A stretch of 51,935 bases of DNA, from positions 1 through 51,935 of the IMG/VR virus record IMGVR_UViG_3300025723_000057; one strand, 5' to 3'. The first letter of the stretch is position 1. The number at the start of each line of letters is the position of its first letter. The position numbers and the translations under genes are program-made. Origin of the DNA: a virus. Taxonomy: Duplodnaviria; Caudoviricetes. Under the pieces are notes generated by a model, which saw only the letters and a list, made by a program, of their open reading frames with translations, ran no database searches and was not told where the DNA came from. Of this stretch, positions 47,901-51,935 are shown one piece after another.

Positions 47901-49593
47901 AGTTGAAACAGCCGCAACAGTTAAAGCCAGTGACAGCAGTTATGAAGCAGTTAACAATGTTCTTGTTATATTTGATCAAGCACCGAATGCAGATGATTAT
48001 GTAATGATCATGGTATTATCAGGTACTATGAAAAAATATAGTAAAATAACTACCCAAAATATTAATTTAATCCCAGGAAGTCGAACATATGATTTAACAA
48101 ATCCACCGTTAGTTAAAGGTCCTTTATCTGGAACAGTTCTTGTTCTAATAGATAACGAATTTTTAAGAGCCCCCGATTATAAAAACTATACATATTCTGG
48201 AAGTAGTTTATCATTTAATGATTTTAGATATGTTCCAGGATACTTAAAAATAAATGATATAGCTGTTTATTCTAATGGAGTTATGCTAACACCTGTACGC
48301 GATTATACAGTCGACCTATCATCTAATGTAGTTAATATATCACCAATATCGGGTGTAGTTAATGGAGATTTAATCATTATTGAAATATTAAAGAATAATG
48401 ATTTTATCATACAAGGATCGCAGATTATATTAACAAACAACTATAGAAATGTTAATAAACAGAAAATGAGGATAACAACATTTACTAATCATGATATTGA
48501 TATGATAATGAGATCCAATACTGGATTTGTATTCAGCATCGGATATGATATTTCTTATTATGATTCTCAGACATACGATCTTACATATGGTATTACAAAT
48601 AGCAGTGGAATATTTAGACTTCCTAGGACTGTTTCAACTAAGAGCGGTGTATTTGTTGGTTTAAATAATAAGTTATTAAAACCTAATGTTGATTATGTAT
48701 TAATGGATGATTTATCAACTGTTATGGTATCTTTACCGGATAATCTTCAAAGTAATTCTTACTTAGAAATCATTACTACTAATGCTAAAACATTTCATCC
48801 AACCTTTGGATTTAAAATATTTAAGGATATGCTTAACAGATATCATTACAAGAGACTAGACAACTCAACAACTACTAGGCTTACTAGAGATCTTTCTCAG
48901 TTTGATACTACAATATATGTATCTGATGCTTCATTGCTTGAAGATCCCAATCCTATGTTAAATCTACCAGGTGTAATAGAGATATTGAATGAAAGAATAG
49001 AATATTTTGTTAAAGATGGAGATACTCTAAGACAGCTTCGTAGAGGAACTTTAGGAACTTCTATAAATGAATTTGTTCCTGCTAAAACACCGGTATCAAC
49101 TGTTGGGATAACAGAAACTATACCTTATTCAGATACTGAAAACAAAACAACCTATTATAGTGATGGATCAACAACAATATTTGAATTAGACTTTATTCCA
49201 CAGCCTCAAATGGGCACAATAGATGATGGTAGTACTGTTTATAAAGATTGGTACAGAGAAACTATACCAAACGATTATGGACAGTGCGATGAACTAGAAG
49301 TATTTGTTGGCGGTAAAAGATTAATAAAGAGTCCATATGTATTATTTGATGAAACATTAGGTCAAGATAGTTTTAAAAATGCTGGAGCAGTTTCTTACGA
49401 AGCAGATTTTAGTGTTAATGGAACTTCAAAATCTATAAGGTTAACAAAACCACCAGCAGCAGGTCAACTAATAGTCATAGTTTCTAAAAAAGGTACTACT
49501 TGGCAACACCCATCTGAGAATTCTGCGCTTGTCTTTAGTAAAAGTAATATTGGATTATTCTTAACAGAGAAGCAGGTAGATTTGCCTAAATAA
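35935..49593 (+). CDS. Giant multidomain virion/baseplate protein (gp7 position)
   Basis: 4552-aa uninterrupted ORF with FG-GAP-like blades, CBM-like modules, GSNY..PTV.ISGGGG.GA and GDG repeats. Confidence 0.75.
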   Translation: MANNDQNEFPLPVTITQENKRETSNHLPKFFRTAKNSTFLKGTLDSLTQPGKLIHIDGYVGRKDIPNYAIDDNYIPAHSMDRVYYQLEPAILNEDIVNGDVKWYADYIDYMNSLKFYGAPVNNHDRLNKQEAYAWNPHIDWDKISNFREYYWLPNGPDPITIYGHIETTTSTYTVTSQNELDNVAYIFSPDGLTANPRLTLYRGVTYQFNINTPGKPFCIKTLPVTGDGYFYSVGINNQSVENGILEFQVPYNAPDLLYYLDNKDLNTSGMIDIKDIKDSAILDIESEILGKKNFTSSTGIEFINGLKISFVGQVSPSSYTDGFWYVEGVGDKIKLINFKDLETPVVYGPVVDVPFDYQPFDSQPFETAANYPLDKDYITINRSSRDRNTWSRNNRWFHRTVLETTATANNQIAILDQTQRAKRPIIEFDPNIKLYNHGWVAKKDVDLIDTTTVDVFSTIEGKTGYNIDGVDLIPGQRILFLADPDILVNGRIFEVKSVFLFDEGRISPSIPNFGRTQLTLQEVVDTEPQEGEVVYATSGKKYKGSPFYYQDGSWHAAQKKIKKNQFPLFDLFDKNLNSFSSNSVYPYNNFSGNRIFGYMIGSGTTDTELNFPLSYLNINNIGDIQFNFDLQTETWTYQSTNRVLITLNSYSGFLRKFEDNNTFTYSNGWTSTDVKLQQPVVRVLKIESVSSRIAIDVFDNSAYIENISFLVYVNDVKRTDVYRQNINNTAYLSFYNGLYPGDKVVYKVFSTFPKNLKGYYQIPLNWQHNPLNDVISSFTFGEVIDHVSSIVDNLADFTGPFPGISNLSNLGPISEYGRRFLQHSGSMPLAVHSIIDKDANVIKSLRWTTEQYSLFKKEFLSIATSNVFEGTVTEIVDLILLKYSEPKYVDTSPFYFSDMAPYGGSSNKEYIVTDPRLPYFVIDNIFKPADQNRRAVLVYLNDEQLIRDIDYQFITDDAFVKILRPLAIGDTILIRDFITTNACFIPYTPSKLGLFPSYVPRIYVDDTYRVPTTVIQGHDGSIIKAYGDFRDDLILEIEKRFYNNRRVEYDSDIFDMKTIFPGFYRKTAFGKTEINSIMLLDFLRWNANIDQDFNANNYYIEEDSFTYNYNKSSTPSLSDTLPGYWRGVYMYFYDTDRPHTCPWEMQGFTVKPDWWDTVYGNAPYTSENKIMWDAIEAGIINDPMNLRTDLFYARPGLKDYIPVDSDGALLSPLASNLATNFSLLNALGQYSFGDIAPVENVWRRSSEFPFSIISTLCLLRGSEYIAKMWDRFRVKRNIIGQIYWEPTDTRIQLSNLVFPESVVNDSITAGSFTCGLVNIIEDYVFTQRYSNLETYHDRIKNLNFKLSYRIGGFTSKEQINVLLDSRSPSASGTFFLPLENYKIFYNVSAPIATVSYSGVIIEKLGADYPQWISKKRYKRNTLVIFQGDIYVCMQEHISNSETNLNSVQQFQADSFYWLKQKVAVSGYRVKGYDKEHNYFSVVLPLSTATDPSINVGGVSESFLIWTSGVFYPKGVLVKNDEKYFRSLIGHTSSDFFTQDIAKWTSISKVPIEGGVTVIKRTRFRDNPTKVPYNTIFKDVQSVVDFLLGYQKALEDMGFLFDEYNTDLDAPMNWLTSAKEFMFWSLQKWASGAIITLSPSANLVKFRSKIIASVDNFYEDSYDYSIFKADGSPLRPELNSITRTGNSFIMTPVTQTNDGIYHVRTNLVYKEHILVLDNVSIFNDIIYDIVPGYRQGRVKLNGFKTGSWDGGFTSPGFVYDNATITDWVQYSDYSLGDMVTYQGYYFTAIKNIMGKDSFDYTDWKQLSKPPKPGLIPNFDYKVEQFRDFYSLEASNFNYDQQKLARHYIGFQERQYLSDIIVDNVSQYKFYQGFIKEKGTLNSVSKLFDALRSSGFSSVDIKEEWAFKVGDYGSSDTILEIEIPLVEEKFRFNPQNVLLTQQTDINNITAFNVLPNMVSVKPSNYDSNPFSTINLSLSQNNYGVFKYMVAGYVRDEDVNHIIYNETALMNYDITLLNETDKIWLGYTSTNDWNVYEYVKSNTLVTNWSASGNTLTLECNVSPDVVVDQIIVLKNLAVLDGFYKVQRVYSTTIELFTFNTTLYKVDSDSTHGFIFKLESSRFSTLSSVSAKRYNTSNIRGQTIWVDSDKSNRWLVLKNQDSFTKTELQPKTLLSDQQYGYEVKISGNGLKMFVTSLKDSAETVFIYSRANVQSNWGLIQSLSLPVTRFQVSGIEDFGTSIDTNFSGNTVIISAPKLSNLYTLYVGSYDPYGSYFTNDIVKKDDKLWKNKHGATAFNTTNWEEIFVYSAVDDINRGHPSGLTGQGCVIVYTYNVGTNKYDIEIVLGSYDPVQNENFGTKVRMSEDGSNTWLFVSSENYNNNTGRVQIFKKENGSWKFNTQRYLDFTNILGTFPAGSQDPFSQAGKYGHDIDCTTGALRLVVSAPLVNSGSSINVGAVYVFARDNDDFNLVEVIDKNTLLNGLIPNHVGGDSYLSPYDLFGFSVAISDKGLFVSCPNDDNGGTNAGSIYIFVGDSSDSSSNLYRLTQLVYPPSTLDNERFGTKIKISPDGNLLASSAIGGDSIMSVTFDVHSARLQDGSYVLDSNSAEQLTPTTFDSNGTVFSTRVPYTGSVYVYNKFDDVFIYGDKLMPADGLSIDDNFGASIDIINNIIVVGTPNKFIKNTRVGTTFAFSYSNLSWTVSSSQDSVIDIQKFKKAFVYNTETNKLIENLDFIDPAKGRIAAIAEQEIKYQTFYDPAVYEYGFNTEVSIDQSAPWTDEHVGEVWWNLGTIKYTWYEQGDANYRSSNWGRIFPGCSVDIYEWVESTYLPSKWATLADTDAGLAQGISGIPKDIDDFTYSSKSKYDVLSGTTKLTYYYWVKNKRTIPSKPNRKMSCANITLMILDPKSQGYHYLSITDKNVISLVNVGTQLVHSDVSLNIQMYLIDNQDLLTHRQYSLIAENDSSAIISPMLEQKWFDSLIGRDIKDHIVPDMRLGVRQRYGNSNSPRQSWFINKFEALKQLVEYVNSILIQNQIVDITSFKNLLANDPAPTINSGKIDRVIDILDELKYIGTDKLATAKITLKIKNGQIINALVDPRNKGYGYSCNKVYEFDEYGRPKNWYGPSVTINGNGTGASIQTVIDSQGQIIAANVIKTGKDYDDTTTATVRDYSVLVNSDSEANNSWSVQNWNLGKKIWVRYRTQSFDVSKYWTYADWYIDPSYSDITGIAYVIDRTVDLNGIVAVVGDIIKVNNVGIGVNSGWLLLERIAVSNSPDFTVDYRVVGKQNATIQLSDKLYNLNQDVGYDTIFSYDTSLYDQNPSKELRYILKALRDDILIDDLRIEYINTFFNSVHYALSEQLYTDWLFKTSFLKINHNVGTLKQKLTFQSDAIESYQSFIEEAKPYKTKIREFVSSYETIDNSNNLVSDFDLPPYYNQDKGMIEPVTGDSSLIQEYPWKNWLDNNGFEIVDIVIQDQGSNYITIPTVIISGGGGTGAKASAYIANGKLYAIRLDDPGKGYTSTPNVYISGGNGDVEEYKAKAYAIIGNSPVRINTIKIKFDRYTTDYNISGYRYLDTFYGTGSKTTFKLTYAPEIEKTKFRILVDNILIYGAQFSVSIVETLHDSYTALEGYVIFVDAPVSGKTITIAYDKNIRLYPAADRIGYAYSPNPGQYGKDLGQLMTGIDYGGVSLMSIDFEVGAGWDVLPWDVSSWDGILTSNDDYAVSIDGSTRSFDLPYIPAIGEIVNVYVDNTRIDDLYYGLYDGSTLQPNGLTSAPQNTIMKSFIGDGVHNTITLPDIIPGSLHFIGSIVTFRKSTSDGTVLPTDRGTIDSLLSGGDLTYSTALGVTADDIVVDGDGLITPDTGHSPEELLQGQVVDALSINVYHAPAPGGPNVLVENYVGDGMQDTFNISYKPDTVGSVMVLVDNMVYDYEIDYVNQSIILSSIPPFNSRIAIILMDTAGYDILDKETFIGDGSTREFLTAARYSANNVSVFATVNGVETAATVKASDSSYEAVNNVLVIFDQAPNADDYVMIMVLSGTMKKYSKITTQNINLIPGSRTYDLTNPPLVKGPLSGTVLVLIDNEFLRAPDYKNYTYSGSSLSFNDFRYVPGYLKINDIAVYSNGVMLTPVRDYTVDLSSNVVNISPISGVVNGDLIIIEILKNNDFIIQGSQIILTNNYRNVNKQKMRITTFTNHDIDMIMRSNTGFVFSIGYDISYYDSQTYDLTYGITNSSGIFRLPRTVSTKSGVFVGLNNKLLKPNVDYVLMDDLSTVMVSLPDNLQSNSYLEIITTNAKTFHPTFGFKIFKDMLNRYHYKRLDNSTTTRLTRDLSQFDTTIYVSDASLLEDPNPMLNLPGVIEILNERIEYFVKDGDTLRQLRRGTLGTSINEFVPAKTPVSTVGITETIPYSDTENKTTYYSDGSTTIFELDFIPQPQMGTIDDGSTVYKDWYRETIPNDYGQCDELEVFVGGKRLIKSPYVLFDETLGQDSFKNAGAVSYEADFSVNGTSKSIRLTKPPAAGQLIVIVSKKGTTWQHPSENSALVFSKSNIGLFLTEKQVDLPK

Positions 49594-49596
49594 ATA
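49590..49596 (+). promoter_or_regulatory. Late promoter overlapping stop codon
   Basis: ATAAATA 16 nt upstream of ATG 49613. Confidence 0.45.
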
Positions 49597-49612
49597 AAGA
49601 GAGTGGTGAGAC

Positions 49613-50281
49613 ATGAAAACAAACATTAAAAAGATTAGACAAACTAAGGATCAGGATCCAAAGATGATTAAGAACCCAAATGAAAAAGGCCCTTTTCATA
49701 TTGAAGGACATATTAAAATATTTGATCCTACTAGTGGAGAAATCTTTATTAATAAGAGAAATGCTATTCACTATGAAAACATGAGTGTTGCTATTGCAGA
49801 AAGTCTTTCAGATTCTGGACAAGGATTTATCTATGAAATGGCTTTTGGAAACGGTGCAACTAATGTTGATCCTACAGGTATTATAACTTATTTGACTCCA
49901 AATACAGTTGGTACAAATAGCACTCTTTATAATGAACAATATAGCAAAGTTATTGATGATCGTAGTATTAGTAATCTAGATCCAACACGTAATAAGATGG
50001 AAACTAGACACGTAACAGGTGCTACATATACTGATATAATTGTTACTTGCTTATTAGATTACGGTGAGCCTGGCGGACAAGATGCATTTGATAACTCTGC
50101 GGCTATAAATGGACAGTTTACATTTGATGAACTTGGTTTAAGAAGTTATAACTCACTTGGTGCAGGAACGGGTAGATTGTTAACTCACGTTGTATTCCAT
50201 CCTGTACAAAAGAGTTTGAACAGATTAATACAGATAGATTATACGGTTCGAATACAGAGCCTATCGGGGTATAGCGGATAA
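49613..50281 (+). CDS. Conserved baseplate/tail structural protein
   Basis: 222 aa; EGHIKIFD, FDELGL, THVVFHPVQKSLNR..IDY motifs; between giant protein and fibre. Confidence 0.65.
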   Translation: MKTNIKKIRQTKDQDPKMIKNPNEKGPFHIEGHIKIFDPTSGEIFINKRNAIHYENMSVAIAESLSDSGQGFIYEMAFGNGATNVDPTGIITYLTPNTVGTNSTLYNEQYSKVIDDRSISNLDPTRNKMETRHVTGATYTDIIVTCLLDYGEPGGQDAFDNSAAINGQFTFDELGLRSYNSLGAGTGRLLTHVVFHPVQKSLNRLIQIDYTVRIQSLSGYSG

Positions 50282-51935
50282 TGTCATACACAATTAAATT
50301 TACTGATTTTACAAATAAAGGAAGTATTACTATAAATGATAATACCCCGAATACTACTAATACTAGCCTGACGTTTCCTGGTCGTAACCAAAAGGGATAC
50401 GCGGTTAATATAGCTGAAAACTTCTTACACATGTTAGAAAACTTTTCAGATAGTGTACCCCCTTCTAATCCAGTTGAAGGGCAACTTTGGTATAATAGCA
50501 CACAGAATATTGAAGAATTAAAAGTTTGGGACGGTTCAGCTTGGAAATCAGCAAGCGGTATAAAGAAAGGAAGCGGAATAGCTGTATTAACTACATTACC
50601 TGCTATTATTGGTGACCTTTATGTTGATACAGCAGCAAATCAATTATATTTGTATTCTGGAGCTTCGTGGATATTAGTTGGACCAACATATTCGGCAGGA
50701 AATAAATCAGGAGTGGTGGCAGAAACTATTAAAGATACAAATGATTTGGATCAAATAGTATTGAAGTCGTTTATAAATGGGCAAGTAGTTGCAATTTATA
50801 GTATCGCTACTTTTATTCCTAAAATAAAAATTGATGGATTTAGCATCATTAATCCTGGACAAAACAATAGTACAAAGGATTTTACTGGTACCGGCATATC
50901 AAATACTAAGATTTGGGGAACAGTAGAAAAAGCAGAGAATTTAATATCTAATGGTAAAGTTGTTTCGGCTTCGCAGTTTTTGAGAAAAGATGTAACTAAT
51001 TCTACAGATTATTCTTTTAATATAAACAATGATGGTGGATTAACTGTAGGAATAGATGGTAATCTTAGATTACAAGTTTTGCAAAGTATCGGTACAGTCT
51101 ATCACGCTCGTCCAGATTCTGCGCTTGATTTAAAAATATTATACAATAGCCAACCTACTACTCTAGTTAGATTAGATGCTAACAAGGGCTATGTTGGAGT
51201 TAATAATCTATCACCAAACAGAATGTTAGATGTAACAGGAACTGGTAGATTTAGTGGTAATGTTGAGATTACAAGCACCGAAGATGCTGTTGATGATGTA
51301 TCGGGCTCCTTAAAACTATCTGGTGGGTTAGTTGTTGGTATGAAAACAAGATTATTGGATGATCAAACTATTTTTGGTCAAATAATAACCGGATACGGTA
51401 TTGGTTCTGCAATATTGCCTTTAACAAATAACCAAAGTGATATAGGTTATGTAGAACTTAATAATCCTCAAAATAATTTAACATTTAGAAATATATATGC
51501 AACGACTTTTAATGGTAACTTATTAGGGAATGTTACAGGAAATGTATCAGGAAATGTAAACGGTACTGCTTCAAAGTTAACAGCTTCAACAACATTTAAT
51601 ATGATTGGTCATGTAGCTAGTACTGATGTTATATTTGATGGTAGCACTGGCGGATTGACTAAACAGTTTACTACTACAATAACCCAAAATATTATAACTG
51701 ATCAAACCGAACTAACAGATACAAACGATACAGACGTTTATCTTATGTATAGAGTAGGATCTGGATTAGCTAAAACTAAAAAAAGTTCTATTGTTTCAAA
51801 TCTATCATTAGTACCTACTGGTGCTATATTTACGTTCGCTGGAACTGTTCCTCCTCCGGGATACTTATTTTGTGATGGTAGTGAAAAGCGTAGAGCTTCT
51901 TATCCTGAATTATTTTCAGTTATTCAGTTTACCTA
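50281..51935 (+). CDS. Tail fibre with tail-collar domain, truncated at right edge
   Basis: ATG 50281 (TAATG overlap): MSYTIKFTD...AENFLHMLENF...PVEGQLWY; in-frame collar motif VPTGAIFTFAGTVPPPGYLFCDG..YPELF from 51811. Confidence 0.88.
   Translation, partial: MSYTIKFTDFTNKGSITINDNTPNTTNTSLTFPGRNQKGYAVNIAENFLHMLENFSDSVPPSNPVEGQLWYNSTQNIEELKVWDGSAWKSASGIKKGSGIAVLTTLPAIIGDLYVDTAANQLYLYSGASWILVGPTYSAGNKSGVVAETIKDTNDLDQIVLKSFINGQVVAIYSIATFIPKIKIDGFSIINPGQNNSTKDFTGTGISNTKIWGTVEKAENLISNGKVVSASQFLRKDVTNSTDYSFNINNDGGLTVGIDGNLRLQVLQSIGTVYHARPDSALDLKILYNSQPTTLVRLDANKGYVGVNNLSPNRMLDVTGTGRFSGNVEITSTEDAVDDVSGSLKLSGGLVVGMKTRLLDDQTIFGQIITGYGIGSAILPLTNNQSDIGYVELNNPQNNLTFRNIYATTFNGNLLGNVTGNVSGNVNGTASKLTASTTFNMIGHVASTDVIFDGSTGGLTKQFTTTITQNIITDQTELTDTNDTDVYLMYRVGSGLAKTKKSSIVSNLSLVPTGAIFTFAGTVPPPGYLFCDGSEKRRASYPELFSVIQFT

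Noticed and set aside
1-51935. Stop-codon reassignment as in some large phages
   Set aside because: Core genes are full length under code 11, and TAG and TGA both act as stops at gene boundaries

Overview
AT-rich segment of a large T4-like (myovirus) phage genome in standard genetic code, almost fully coding. Left arm (minus strand): fibre/decoration-like structural genes, major capsid (gp23), scaffold (gp22), prohead protease (gp21), an acidic prohead protein, a glycosyltransferase-like gene, portal (gp20) and a tape-measure-like protein with ten 156-bp repeats. Centre: gp26/gp51-like tail assembly genes joined by a strong candidate -1 frameshift signal, two Ala/Gln-rich putative internal head proteins, a ~440-nt GC-enriched highly structured non-coding element directly behind a minimal GIY-YIG nuclease, two Hc1-like basic proteins, gp46/gp47 and a gp55 late sigma factor with a large insertion. 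Right arm (plus strand): baseplate module (gp48/54, gp53, hub, gp5, gp25, gp6), a 4552-aa multidomain virion protein and a truncated tail fibre with a collar domain. The best candidates for undescribed biology are the GIY-YIG plus structured ncRNA locus and the gp26-gp51 frameshift. All calls come from motif recognition by eye; no searches were run.
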